A stretch of DNA of 64,000 bases, taken from the IMG/VR virus record IMGVR_UViG_3300008216_002531, positions 41,626-105,625 of that record; one strand, 5' to 3'. Position numbers and translations under genes: made by a program. The notes beneath the pieces are model-generated. The model saw only the letters and a list, made by a program, of their open reading frames with translations. It did no database searches and had not been told where the DNA came from. Each line of letters starts with the position of its first letter. Position 1 is the first letter of the stretch. Shown here in pieces: positions 37,228 to 47,051 of the stretch. This DNA is from a virus.

Positions 37228-38714
37228 TTGCTCCCGGTGCTCATACCTTGTGGAAAGTTCAGAGAGTCTCCATGATTGACCGTCCAAGCCACTTCATGAG
37301 TAACGGACCTGAATGTACGAGCGGCGCTGGGCTGTCCGTTTCCAGACTTTTTCACCCCTCCAAATCCAAGATGAGATTCAGCAGCAATACTGCCGCCATT
37401 CCAGTAGCCAAGACCAAAATCACATTCGTTGCGAATGCGTCGAGCAACCTTAAAACTTTCTGTTACTACGCCAAGAGCAAGCCCATAGTCAGTGTCATTG
37501 TAAATCCTAATAGCATTATCAATTGTATCGTAAGGAATAATTGACACATGCGGCCCGAATACTTCTTGCTTAAGATATGGAACATCTCTCCACTCCGTTT
37601 GATATACCGTGGGTGTTAAAAACAAGCTATCGCCATCTCTCTCTCCCATTAGCAGAACATCCGCCTCTGGGTCCGCTTCGACCATCTTGTTAAACTCTAT
37701 GACTCTTTCGAGTTGCTTTTCATTAATAAGAGGGCCGTAGAAGGTGTTGTCGTCGAATGGGTCTCCAGTCTGTAGATCACCACTTCTATTGGCAAATTCG
37801 TCTGCAAATTTGTTGTATAGAGAACGATGAACAATTAGCCTGCTAGCAGACACACAACGTTGACCAGATAGTTTGTAAGCACTAGCCAAGCACGCGGCCA
37901 TTGCCATGTCATAATTCGCATCTTCATGAACAATTACTGCCGATTTACTTCCCATCTCACAAGAACAGGTTTTGTGCCAGCTTTCCGCACAGACTTTACG
38001 AACATGCATTCCTACGTCGGCGCTTCCAGTGAAGCAAATATGATCCACGTCTTCGTGAATTAGATCATCTCCGACTTGTCCATCCCCATGAATCATATTG
38101 AAAACGCCCGGCGGAAAACCAGCTTCTCTGTAAAGCTCCGCAGTAATCTGGCCAACCCAAGGTACATCCTCGCTCGGCTTAAGAATTACAGTATTCCCTT
38201 CAACAAGAGCAGGAGCAGCGCACCAAAAACCACCAATCGCAAAAGGAAAATTAAAAGGCGCAATGATCGCAACGACCCCTTTTGGCTTCCTAAGCATAAA
38301 CGCATCTTTTTCTGGCAACTCCGAAGCAATCGCTTCACCATAAGGCATCCTCCCTGTACTAAAGGCATACTGAGCCATGTGCAACGCTTCGTTAACTTCG
38401 GCAACAGACTCGTTAAAAACTTTTCCTGTTTCTGTGCTTATAATTTCTGCAATATGGTCTTTGTTTTCTTCGATTAACTTTGCAACCTTAAGAAAATATT
38501 CTGCTCGTTGAAATCTGCTAAGACTTCTCCATTCACCAAAGGCCTTCTTAGCGGACATATAAGCGGTTTCTACGTCCAGCAGAGATGCTTGCGGAAAAGC
38601 CCCCACGATTGTTCCTGTGGCCGGATTAATACTGTCAAAAAGAGACTCTTCGTCTCCATCAATGAATTGACCATCAATGTAATGTAATCCCTTTACGATT
38701 TGATAAGTTGTCAT
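37224..38714 (-). CDS. Aldehyde dehydrogenase (aminoadipate/glutamate semialdehyde type)
   Basis: PFNFP, KPSE, FTGS, EMGSK, SGQRC, EVFGP, FGGVKKSGNG. Confidence 0.9.
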   Translation of the reverse strand: MTTYQIVKGLHYIDGQFIDGDEESLFDSINPATGTIVGAFPQASLLDVETAYMSAKKAFGEWRSLSRFQRAEYFLKVAKLIEENKDHIAEIISTETGKVFNESVAEVNEALHMAQYAFSTGRMPYGEAIASELPEKDAFMLRKPKGVVAIIAPFNFPFAIGGFWCAAPALVEGNTVILKPSEDVPWVGQITAELYREAGFPPGVFNMIHGDGQVGDDLIHEDVDHICFTGSADVGMHVRKVCAESWHKTCSCEMGSKSAVIVHEDANYDMAMAACLASAYKLSGQRCVSASRLIVHRSLYNKFADEFANRSGDLQTGDPFDDNTFYGPLINEKQLERVIEFNKMVEADPEADVLLMGERDGDSLFLTPTVYQTEWRDVPYLKQEVFGPHVSIIPYDTIDNAIRIYNDTDYGLALGVVTESFKVARRIRNECDFGLGYWNGGSIAAESHLGFGGVKKSGNGQPSAARTFRSVTHEVAWTVNHGDSLNFPQGMSTGSK

Positions 38715-39235
38715 TTTGAGTCCTTTGTAGATTCCATTAAATTTTTCACTGAGTTTTGACAGAAGCCCTTTTGGCCTCGCTCTATTAGCTCTATGATTAC
38801 CCCGCCTAGATGTGGCAGAGGTTTTGTAAATATTTGCCTGAGTTCATCTTCAGGACAGTCAATAATTTCTTCCGTGAGAAATTCTACCCCATTATCTCGC
38901 CAGTCTTTTACTACGCGGTCTATTCCAAACACTTGATATGCAAAATGGTGCACTCCTCCAACGCCTCCCCTGTCGGCCACCCATTGCCCCACAATCGAGT
39001 TCTCGTCCCCGTCTGATATAAACACTTCTGGAGCAACATGTCTGTGTCCTCCAGCCTCTATGGTGGGAACATTGTTCATTTTTTCTTTAGGGGTCATCGC
39101 AATACATTCAGCCTTGGAGCCGTCATCGAAAACGATATCGAACTCAGTTCCAATTTTATACTGGAGTATTGCGCTGAGAAAGCTAGCGGTTTTTTGTCTA
39201 TCTGAAACTCTATAGGCTATATGATCCAATCTCAT
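38711..39235 (-). CDS. VOC-family protein resembling HPPD C-terminal catalytic domain
   Basis: LDHIAY, GVHHFAY.V, GVEFL, LRQIFT.P, IELIER...GF. Confidence 0.7.
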   Translation of the reverse strand: MRLDHIAYRVSDRQKTASFLSAILQYKIGTEFDIVFDDGSKAECIAMTPKEKMNNVPTIEAGGHRHVAPEVFISDGDENSIVGQWVADRGGVGGVHHFAYQVFGIDRVVKDWRDNGVEFLTEEIIDCPEDELRQIFTKPLPHLGGVIIELIERGQKGFCQNSVKNLMESTKDSK

Positions 39236-39459
39236 CTATATAGCTTCCTTTTTATATCTACGTACTGTTCTACAGCTTTGTTAAGATCTTCGTATAATTG
39301 ACTGAACTTAAATCTATAATCGTCGCAGTCCACTTGATATCGGGCGCCTCGGGCGCCTGAATTGCGCAAGTAGTCATTTATGCAGCACAATGACAGTCTA
39401 TTGCACTCAACTGATGATCCATCTTCTAGCACTCTTGTATAAATATCTGTTTTGGTCAT
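39232..39459 (-). CDS. Hypothetical protein
   Basis: ATGA-coupled on both sides. Confidence 0.6.
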   Translation of the reverse strand: MTKTDIYTRVLEDGSSVECNRLSLCCINDYLRNSGARGARYQVDCDDYRFKFSQLYEDLNKAVEQYVDIKRKLYR

Positions 39460-41375
39460 TTGATTATTCCGGTAGATAATTGATTAGATACTCCCATGAT
39501 TTTATCCAGAAAACTGATGCCAAGAATATCAAATTTAACATGGCCCATCGCCTCCAAATCTTGCATCTCCAAACCCGCGATCTTTTCAGATCCTCTTTTT
39601 TCCCTAACCATTGGACACACTTCGCTTAAGTTTTTAGAAGAAATCACTACGCCAGCCGCATGCTTACCTTGAGATTTATATGTTCCTTCAAGCCTAATAG
39701 CTTGCCCAAACAATCTGCTTAATTCCCCGCTAAGACTGCCATCGTCTTCTATACGACACCATTCTTTAAGTTGTTCTGGTTGGTTTATCAAAGCCCATCT
39801 TATAATAGAAGGGTCTTCCATTTCTTGTAATTGGTCTGAAATTTCTGCTTCAGATGGAATATTTTTGGTGATATAGTTCATCTCTTCAAAACTGCAAGCG
39901 TCGTGTACGCGCAGAACTTCTTTCAGAGATGTGCGACCTTGCATTCGCCCAAGCGTCACCATTTGCCCCACATTCTCTTTGCCGTATTTTTGACGCATAT
40001 ACTCAATAACGCGCGCTCTTTTTTCGGTGGGGACATCAATATCAATATCTGGAAGAGAAACATGGTCTTCGGTATTACGCCCAGCATTGTAAAATCTTTC
40101 AAAGATTAGACCGTACTCTATTGGGTCTACCTCTGTTATACCAATCAAGTGTGAAATAAGGCAACCTGCGGCAGAACCTCTTCCCGGTCCCGGCAGCCAG
40201 CCCTGCTCCCTTACATGGTTTACTATGTCTTGAACTATAAGAAAATATCCTGACAAATTTGCATCCTGTATAACCGAGAGTTCCTCTTTGATTCTTTCGG
40301 CATATAATTTCGAATTAGTTTCTTCTGACGCCTTGCCAGTGTCGGCTATTTTACTTTGCCAGCCATGTCTGCATAAAGATCGTAAATATTCATCTTCAGA
40401 CATATTGTCCGGGCAAGAAAATTTAGGGAGCATGGGTTTGCCTAATATGTTGTATTCTTCGCACATATCAGCAATTAGCTTGGTGTTGTAGATTTCCTCG
40501 TCAGTATTTATAACTTGAATTTCTTCTTCTGAGGGGATGTGATATTTGTTTGAGCAAAAGAAACCGCCTAAGCCAACGTCTTCAGAATTGTTAAGCTTTT
40601 GCTCTACCTTCTTTAGAGTTGTCCGCATCGCAGAACACAAGAGCACTCTTTGGTCTGGGGCGTCTTCAGAGGAGCAATAGTGAGAGTCTGCCGTAGCTAT
40701 ACAGGGTATGCCGGTTTTCTTGCTGATATACCTTAAGGCTTCAGCGGTTATTCTTTGGGAGGGACACTGGTCTTGATCTATCAATTGTATTTCTAAAAAG
40801 AAATTGTCCTTGCCGAAAATGTCTCTATATTTTTCAGCCAGCAGAGTAGTTTTGCTAAGCCAGTCTACATCAATATATTGTTTCGCCTCTTCGTAAGTAG
40901 CCGCACCATAGGCAGACTTTTTGTCAGCAAATATGATATCTGCAAGTTGGCTTCCTATATGTCCAGAAAAGCTAATTAAATTTCCGTCACAGTATTCGGC
41001 CAGTGTGTCCAGATCTAATCGTGGCTTGTGGTAAAAGACTTCCTCGTCATTGCTGGCAGAGGTAGCTTCTATCAGCTTTGTCCAACCCTCTAGATTCTTA
41101 GCCAGAACTACCAGATGACTAAGCTTCCTATTGGTTTTATCTTTTACGCAGGGGTCTTGGTCACATAAATAAAACTCGCAACCTAAAATGGGTTTTATAT
41201 TTTTTTCTTTCATCGCCCTGACAAACGAGACGGCCCCTGAGATCGTCCCATGATCGGTCACGGCGCATGCATCGTACCCAAGGTTCGAGCAGCGTTCTGC
41301 GACCTGTGAGGGCTTCGAGAGACCGTCCAGCAAACTGTAGTGGGTGTGCAAGTGTAGAGGAGTCCAAATTGGCAT
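39456..41375 (-). CDS. dnaE: DNA polymerase III alpha, N-terminal half (PHP + palm/thumb)
   Basis: HLHTHYSLLDG, TDHG, GCEFY, DSHY, GRGSAAG, FERF, PDIDID, HAAGVVI, KFDILG. Confidence 0.93.
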   Translation of the reverse strand: MPIWTPLHLHTHYSLLDGLSKPSQVAERCSNLGYDACAVTDHGTISGAVSFVRAMKEKNIKPILGCEFYLCDQDPCVKDKTNRKLSHLVVLAKNLEGWTKLIEATSASNDEEVFYHKPRLDLDTLAEYCDGNLISFSGHIGSQLADIIFADKKSAYGAATYEEAKQYIDVDWLSKTTLLAEKYRDIFGKDNFFLEIQLIDQDQCPSQRITAEALRYISKKTGIPCIATADSHYCSSEDAPDQRVLLCSAMRTTLKKVEQKLNNSEDVGLGGFFCSNKYHIPSEEEIQVINTDEEIYNTKLIADMCEEYNILGKPMLPKFSCPDNMSEDEYLRSLCRHGWQSKIADTGKASEETNSKLYAERIKEELSVIQDANLSGYFLIVQDIVNHVREQGWLPGPGRGSAAGCLISHLIGITEVDPIEYGLIFERFYNAGRNTEDHVSLPDIDIDVPTEKRARVIEYMRQKYGKENVGQMVTLGRMQGRTSLKEVLRVHDACSFEEMNYITKNIPSEAEISDQLQEMEDPSIIRWALINQPEQLKEWCRIEDDGSLSGELSRLFGQAIRLEGTYKSQGKHAAGVVISSKNLSEVCPMVREKRGSEKIAGLEMQDLEAMGHVKFDILGISFLDKIMGVSNQLSTGIIK

Positions 41376-41376
41376 T

Positions 41377-41928
41377 TCAGCGTCCTACTGGGTCAAGATC
41401 CTTGTATGGCATGTTGTAACAATCTGTGGAAGGTTTCCACCTATTAGAATGATCCATGTCATCCTTTACCCAAAAGCGGGCCTGTTCAAAGTATTCCTTT
41501 GCGTCCTTTTGTCCACAAATCCAAGCCCTGACAGGCTTGTTGTTCTTAAATTGTATACTGGTAAAGATGTATATATCCGGTTTTTGATGCGCGCTGGTTT
41601 CTGCTACAGAAGCATCGTAATGATCTAGAGGAGGCACAGACCTTCTTTTAGATTTGACTTCAATTTTTTTACCGTCCTTTATCAAATCATGATTGTACTT
41701 CTCCTCACCCTCATTATTGCTGATTATCTCGGCTTGGATGTAATCGGCAACGATCTCCTCCCCGAGATAGCCAGCAAAATTCCCCTTGCCCTCAAGGATG
41801 GAATTATTTATCACACCTAAATTATCAGCCTTAACCTTACAACTCTCTACCATTTCATCGGTAAAGTAGACTTGAACAATATTACTTTTTTTTGTTGAAC
41901 TTTTCATAAATGTATCGTGCTGTCGCAA
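41377..41928 (-). CDS. Hypothetical PD-(D/E)XK-like phage protein
   Basis: GYLGE...YNHDL...IEVKSK; start uncertain. Confidence 0.45.
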   Translation of the reverse strand: MRQHDTFMKSSTKKSNIVQVYFTDEMVESCKVKADNLGVINNSILEGKGNFAGYLGEEIVADYIQAEIISNNEGEEKYNHDLIKDGKKIEVKSKRRSVPPLDHYDASVAETSAHQKPDIYIFTSIQFKNNKPVRAWICGQKDAKEYFEQARFWVKDDMDHSNRWKPSTDCYNMPYKDLDPVGR

Positions 41929-42835
41929 CGTCCTCTATCGCTAGTCCTGTGGCGTCGAATAGTGTTGTCCTACATCCGCTAGTTTCTACCCTGCCCTGAA
42001 TCACTTCTGCTATCGGACACCATATTTGAGAAATCTTATTCTTTTTAGCATACTGTATTTCTCCAGAATGGGAGCACTGTGCCCACTCATCATACGCAAC
42101 TAGATCAACATTTTCAAGAACGCACGGATGCAGTTCTCTTTTTCCTTCTGCGTCTGCTCCAACAGCATTAATATGAACTACAGGTTTGAGATATCTATAC
42201 TCAATAAATGGTTGACGTGAAGGGGTTAGCGTTGTAATTATATCCACGTCCCACAAACAATTTTCAAGATCATTATGAACTTCTATTTCTACAGGGCTTC
42301 CCTGCCTAACTTCTAAATAATTCAATTCATCTTTTAACTTATTTGCTCGTTCTTCACTGAGGTCAAATAATCGAACAACCTCAATGTCTCTTACGGCAAG
42401 GACCGCTTCTATCTGCCTGAGTGTTTGATTTCCGCAGCCGATAAACGCTGCTTTTTTGGAATACTTGGGGGATAAGTATCTGGTTGCCACTCCAGTCACT
42501 GCGGCGGTACGAATGGCGGTAAGAGTTTCTCCGTCTAAGATTGCTAATAGTTTTCCAGAAGCCACATCGTTTATAAGAACCTTAGCGAATATGTTAATTT
42601 TGCGCTTTGTTCCTGTTTCGTCTAGGTGTACTCCACACCATTTAATCCCCGCCGTATCTCCTACAACCGCTGGCATAGATCTGAAATCGCCATTAGGTAT
42701 GTCCATATACACTTTTGGCGGCATCTGTGTGTTTTCAATGTTTATAAATAAGTCTTCAACAACTTCTATGCATTCTGGAACTGATAGTATCTGCGCTACT
42801 TCGTCGTTTGTAAAGTATTTAACCGGGAGCATCAT
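41882..42835 (-). CDS. Ornithine cyclodeaminase / mu-crystallin family
   Basis: MPPK, FRSMPA, GIKW, TAIRTAA, GCGNQ, HINAVGAD..GKREL, FDATGLAIED. Confidence 0.88.
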   Translation of the reverse strand: MMLPVKYFTNDEVAQILSVPECIEVVEDLFINIENTQMPPKVYMDIPNGDFRSMPAVVGDTAGIKWCGVHLDETGTKRKINIFAKVLINDVASGKLLAILDGETLTAIRTAAVTGVATRYLSPKYSKKAAFIGCGNQTLRQIEAVLAVRDIEVVRLFDLSEERANKLKDELNYLEVRQGSPVEIEVHNDLENCLWDVDIITTLTPSRQPFIEYRYLKPVVHINAVGADAEGKRELHPCVLENVDLVAYDEWAQCSHSGEIQYAKKNKISQIWCPIAEVIQGRVETSGCRTTLFDATGLAIEDVATARYIYEKFNKKK

Positions 42836-43841
42836 AATACCCTATATTGAAGTCTGGTTTGGTACACTCTGCGCTTGTCCTTTCAATACCATTCTTTTTG
42901 ATATGATCTTGCACATATCTACAGATGTTGGTATCTGTACCTTCCCAGTTATTCTTATAATAATCGCAAAGCTTAGTGCACTTCCAATGCGACTGGCTCT
43001 GTGACAATAATTTAGGGCTTTTATTGTTCTTGATTTCGTTAAATCTTTTTCTGAGCATCTTAAGAAATAATTCTTTAGACCCATCATCAAAGCACAGAGA
43101 AAATGGTCCTCCATCTTTTACATAGAAAATGGTCATTATCGCCTGATCGTAATCAGGATACAGCTTGGATATGGCGTAGTAATAGAGAAGCAATTGCGGG
43201 TCACTCTCTAATTTATTATAGTCCTTTTCTTCGCCTGTGGCCCAATTAATTCTTCTACCAGTCTTCCAATCTACAACTTCTATAACTCCGTCTTCGGCTT
43301 CTGTAACTAAATCTATAGTTCCTTTTATGGCCAGCTTACCCTTTAACTTTGTGCCGTCATCAAGAGTGTAGTCGTACTCTGCCCAAGGCTCATCTATCTC
43401 TATGTCGAAGTGAGGCTCAGTGTCTACAATCTTTCTGTTTCTGGGGTCAAACTGACCATCATTATAATGCAGACCCAGCCACGTCCATTTGCGGCATTCG
43501 TTTTTTTCTTTGTCTGTATATTCATGGACGCAGTTGGAGGTGTAGTGTTCGAAACTTTTATCTACTATTTTGTTAACAAACTCTTCTGAGTATAGTTTGC
43601 TACTAGTGAATGTAATCCTTCCAAGTGCGTCGTCTGTGACGCTCATAAGCCCAGACTCTGGAAGGCTCTGGAGCCTTTTTTTGCACGACGCCAGACACTC
43701 CATCACCTTATGGACGATGGTTCCCTGCTGGGCTTTTTTACCTGACGTTGAGGGGAAACCCAAGACATAATTTATGTAATACTGCTGCTGACAGTAATCA
43801 TAACTATTATATGACGAACTTCGTATATAAGCTACGAGCAT
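42819..43841 (-). CDS. PD-(D/E)XK exonuclease, Cas4/AddB-like
   Basis: N-terminal C, GTIVH, GTIDLV, DWKTG, QLLLY, C..LC....C. Confidence 0.8.
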   Translation of the reverse strand: MLVAYIRSSSYNSYDYCQQQYYINYVLGFPSTSGKKAQQGTIVHKVMECLASCKKRLQSLPESGLMSVTDDALGRITFTSSKLYSEEFVNKIVDKSFEHYTSNCVHEYTDKEKNECRKWTWLGLHYNDGQFDPRNRKIVDTEPHFDIEIDEPWAEYDYTLDDGTKLKGKLAIKGTIDLVTEAEDGVIEVVDWKTGRRINWATGEEKDYNKLESDPQLLLYYYAISKLYPDYDQAIMTIFYVKDGGPFSLCFDDGSKELFLKMLRKRFNEIKNNKSPKLLSQSQSHWKCTKLCDYYKNNWEGTDTNICRYVQDHIKKNGIERTSAECTKPDFNIGYYDAPG

Positions 43842-44464
43842 TTATTCCACTCCAAGGCTTCTGATATGATTGGGAATTCTTCCCTAAAGAGGCCCTTGAT
43901 TTCATTTGCAATGTCCTGATGCTCTTTCTGAGTTGATAGGTCTGTTCGCAGTTTTATATAATGAATCCAGCTTCTAACTGTTCCATTCATATACATGCGA
44001 GTCTTGGTGCTCAACGGCAATAAAAATCTAGCGCTTTCTTTGGCTATCCCTCTCTCTAATGCTTCTTCGTACAAGTCGTGTGTTGCATCTTGTATTCTTT
44101 GATGTGTGTATTCAAACCAAGTCTTGGTATTTTCAGACAGATCGTCAAAAGAGTTTTGCCTGTTCTTGGTGTCTTGTCTTCTTGGCTTGACATATTCAAA
44201 CCCCTGCGCCTTTGCGTATCTTTGACTGAATTCCTGAAAAGAGAAGCTGCGATGTCTGAGGATTTGAGCAGCTATTCCTCTAGTTGTGTTGATTTCAACA
44301 ACCATGTTTGCCATTTCAAAAATAGACCAGTGTCCATGTTTGATACAGAACTTAAGTAAACCAGACACCTCTGGGTTGTCTTGATTTTTAGGGTTGCTCA
44401 CTCTGGCGCAGTAACCAATGGTTTCTTCTGCGTCAGGAGTAATGGAAATAAGCTTAACTTTCAT
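43832..44464 (-). CDS. thyX: Flavin-dependent thymidylate synthase
   Basis: [29 protein letters not shown]; start MKVKL. Confidence 0.95.
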   Translation of the reverse strand: MKVKLISITPDAEETIGYCARVSNPKNQDNPEVSGLLKFCIKHGHWSIFEMANMVVEINTTRGIAAQILRHRSFSFQEFSQRYAKAQGFEYVKPRRQDTKNRQNSFDDLSENTKTWFEYTHQRIQDATHDLYEEALERGIAKESARFLLPLSTKTRMYMNGTVRSWIHYIKLRTDLSTQKEHQDIANEIKGLFREEFPIISEALEWNKCS

Positions 44465-45183
44465 ACAGGCTCTAGCCATCCCCATCCTGCGAGAATGTTT
44501 AGTAGCTCCTTTGACTGTTCTTCAATGGCCATGTCTTGGTTATCGATTACGGCGTCAAACCCCTCGTAAGTATCGAGAGCAATTTCACTAGCGTGAGAAT
44601 CGTCATGGGGCGCTCTGGTAAGGCGAATTACTTTGCCGCCAGCCTCTTGTATCGCTTCTACCTCGTCTGGAAACCTACAGTCTCCCACAAGAGCCAGAGC
44701 GCTCTGTTCTGATTGAATTTGATTGATGCAAAAATCCACCCATACGTCTTCTTTGAGCGATCTGCAAACATCAGTACCAAAGTATTGAAGAAACTCTCTG
44801 GCTGTAAAATCTTTAATCGGAGATGGAGTATTCTTTTGTTTTTCAGACCCATAGCATTGTTCGTATTTTAGTCCGAAAAAATTAATGGCTATAGACTTTA
44901 GAGAATCAGCAAAGTTATAGGCTTTAACAAAAGGCCACACATTCATAGAGCAGTATTGAACAAATCTGGGTTCTCTATTGTTGAGATCTAGTACTCCCAT
45001 CTGTTGAATTTCTTCGCCCTTCTCATCCATAAACGTAGCGTTTACAGACAACTGGCCTCTGTCATCTAAGAGAAACTTTTCAATTACTTGATTTCTCTGC
45101 AACTCATAGCCATGCAGGAAGTTTATACATGTGGTTTTACCGGCTCTTTTATGACCGCTGATGGCTAGGATTTTTTGAGACAT
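44461..45183 (-). CDS. Deoxynucleoside monophosphate kinase
   Basis: [37 protein letters not shown]. Confidence 0.85.
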   Translation of the reverse strand: MSQKILAISGHKRAGKTTCINFLHGYELQRNQVIEKFLLDDRGQLSVNATFMDEKGEEIQQMGVLDLNNREPRFVQYCSMNVWPFVKAYNFADSLKSIAINFFGLKYEQCYGSEKQKNTPSPIKDFTAREFLQYFGTDVCRSLKEDVWVDFCINQIQSEQSALALVGDCRFPDEVEAIQEAGGKVIRLTRAPHDDSHASEIALDTYEGFDAVIDNQDMAIEEQSKELLNILAGWGWLEPV

Positions 45184-45184
45184 T

Positions 45185-45361
45185 TTATCTTCCTTTTCGG
45201 ATGTCGTACCAGATAAAGCAATTGAGAGACACCCATAGCAGAAGCTCGGTTAAAAACGCTGGTTTAAAGCCCTCTATGATAGCTGAAATCAATGCCGCCC
45301 ACATAAACACTAGCGCGGCAGTTCTAGCCGTGAATTGTAGCCCCATGTCAAGCCTAGACAT
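45185..45361 (-). CDS. Small two-TM membrane protein (58 aa), not in ORF track
   Basis: MSRLDMGLQFTARTAALVFMWAALISAIIEGFKPAFLTELLLWVSLNCFIWYDIRKGR fills the gap. Confidence 0.55.
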   Translation of the reverse strand: MSRLDMGLQFTARTAALVFMWAALISAIIEGFKPAFLTELLLWVSLNCFIWYDIRKGR

Positions 45362-45366
45362 ATGTT

Positions 45367-45981
45367 TTACTTTTTTCGGGTTTCTTCTTTAAAATCTTCC
45401 AAGTCAATTTTCTGTTGCATTTCTTCATTCAAAGCTTCGTGACGCGCGGCCTGTACCGCTCTTCTTTCACTGTTCTTATATTCCTCAAGTTTTTTTGGAT
45501 TGTTGTATCCCTTTCCTTTTTTTCTCCGTTCCCGTTTATTTTTTTTCTTGTTGCGTGCTTTTATTTCGTCTTGTTGTTGTCTGGTTCTGTGAGGTCTTCT
45601 CTTGTGCTTCTTTTCCGTAGCTCGATCTGCTATTATAGAACTAAGAACACCATTCGCTTGGGCTAAAGTTCTTTTCACCCCTTTTCCGAAAAATTCGATC
45701 CTGACATGACAGCTTTTACACAGGACTAATAAGCCATCTAAGCTTTTTCCAGATAGGTTTGATTCATCGTAGTGGTAGTGGTGTATTTGGGCTTGTTTGC
45801 TCTTTAAAGGTTTTGCACCACAAGCAACACATTCGTTACCTTCATCTTTAATCAGCCGGGATCTTATATCTTTCCACAAGGAGCTTCGTAGGTACTGTTT
45901 ATAACTGTCAAACCCCAACCATTCTAGAGTTTGGTCTCTAAGGTAATACTCATTGCATATATGATTTATTTTCGTAGCCAT
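45367..45981 (-). CDS. HNH endonuclease with basic C-terminal tail
   Basis: YL.S..W..IR, CVACG, IHH, LCKSCH. Confidence 0.75.
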   Translation of the reverse strand: MATKINHICNEYYLRDQTLEWLGFDSYKQYLRSSLWKDIRSRLIKDEGNECVACGAKPLKSKQAQIHHYHYDESNLSGKSLDGLLVLCKSCHVRIEFFGKGVKRTLAQANGVLSSIIADRATEKKHKRRPHRTRQQQDEIKARNKKKNKRERRKKGKGYNNPKKLEEYKNSERRAVQAARHEALNEEMQQKIDLEDFKEETRKK

Positions 45982-45989
45982 TTACTTTT

Positions 45990-47051
45990 TTATAACTGCG
46001 GCCTTACGTAAGTCTTGATTTCTTCTACACTCATATCGCCTACGTCTTTTTGTGGGAGATCAACGAATTGAATATTGTACATTCTTTCACACTGCTTAGC
46101 GATTTTCTCTCTCGCGTGCGTACCGGCCTCGTCCGAATCGGTCATAATGACCAGCTTCAAGGCTCCAGACCTCTCTAGAATAAGTCGCTGTTGTTCTGCT
46201 AATGAGCAGCCAAACATTCCCACTACATTATATATACCAGCCTCGTCCAATCTCCACACATCTCCTTGTCCCTCAACCAAAATAGCCGTACTGCTTTCCA
46301 GAATGTGATCTTTAGCATGCCAATAATTATATAGAGAAGCGCCAGAATTGAAACCCTTGCTATTTAACCACTTGGGATTAATATTAGGGCTTGTAGCCCT
46401 GCCCACACATCCTATCATGTGTTGATGATTGTTATCATACACAGGGACAACGATCCTGTTGGACATTGGCTTGTTTGGTGTTGTACATAACCCAACGTCA
46501 AACTTTTCTAATGTTTCAGATAAAAAGCCTCTACTAATGTAATAAGGCGCTGGTATTTGTATCCTACTCCTTATTTCCTCTCTGCTTATACCTTCTCTAT
46601 ACTCTATTTTTTTCTCAAAAACTTTATTTGCCAATTCTGTAAAAGTAACAATATTGGCTTCATACTTCTCAAGATTATCGAAAGAAGACTGTAGAAAGTC
46701 ACAGGCGAATTTAATTGTTTGACCAAAGGTTACATCTTCTTCTGTAGTAGAACTTAATACACCCTGCAAGAATCCTAGTATGTCTTGCTTGTATTCAGTT
46801 TCGCAATGGTGAGTAAAGCATTGCCAATTTCCAATAATCGAATCCCCGGTCGTGAATATGCTTACGGCTGTGGGGTTGTCCCCACCGTGTACAGGACAGG
46901 CAAATGTAACTCTATTATCAAATTGTTCGTATTCTATCTCAAAATACGACAATAGGTCGGTTATACGTTCTACCAAGCCATTTGAAATAGCCGTTATTTT
47001 TCTTCTGTCAGTATTATGTTGCGAATGGAATTTGTTCGTTGTCGTTTTCAT
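45990..47051 (-). CDS. dnaG: DNA primase
   Basis: CPVH...C...C zinc finger, VEGQGD, DSDEAG, KDVGD. Confidence 0.88.
   Translation of the reverse strand: MKTTTNKFHSQHNTDRRKITAISNGLVERITDLLSYFEIEYEQFDNRVTFACPVHGGDNPTAVSIFTTGDSIIGNWQCFTHHCETEYKQDILGFLQGVLSSTTEEDVTFGQTIKFACDFLQSSFDNLEKYEANIVTFTELANKVFEKKIEYREGISREEIRSRIQIPAPYYISRGFLSETLEKFDVGLCTTPNKPMSNRIVVPVYDNNHQHMIGCVGRATSPNINPKWLNSKGFNSGASLYNYWHAKDHILESSTAILVEGQGDVWRLDEAGIYNVVGMFGCSLAEQQRLILERSGALKLVIMTDSDEAGTHAREKIAKQCERMYNIQFVDLPQKDVGDMSVEEIKTYVRPQL

Noticed and set aside
33307-39235. Metabolic operon as host contamination
   Set aside because: Genes overlap phage-type neighbours at both ends with no visible junction; read-level confirmation is still advisable
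39340-39358. Tandem CGGGCGCCT repeat
   Set aside because: Only two copies inside a CDS (GARGAR); no sign of function
42819-43841. Cas4-like gene as part of a CRISPR system
   Set aside because: No repeat-spacer array or other cas genes seen; replication context fits a stand-alone phage exonuclease
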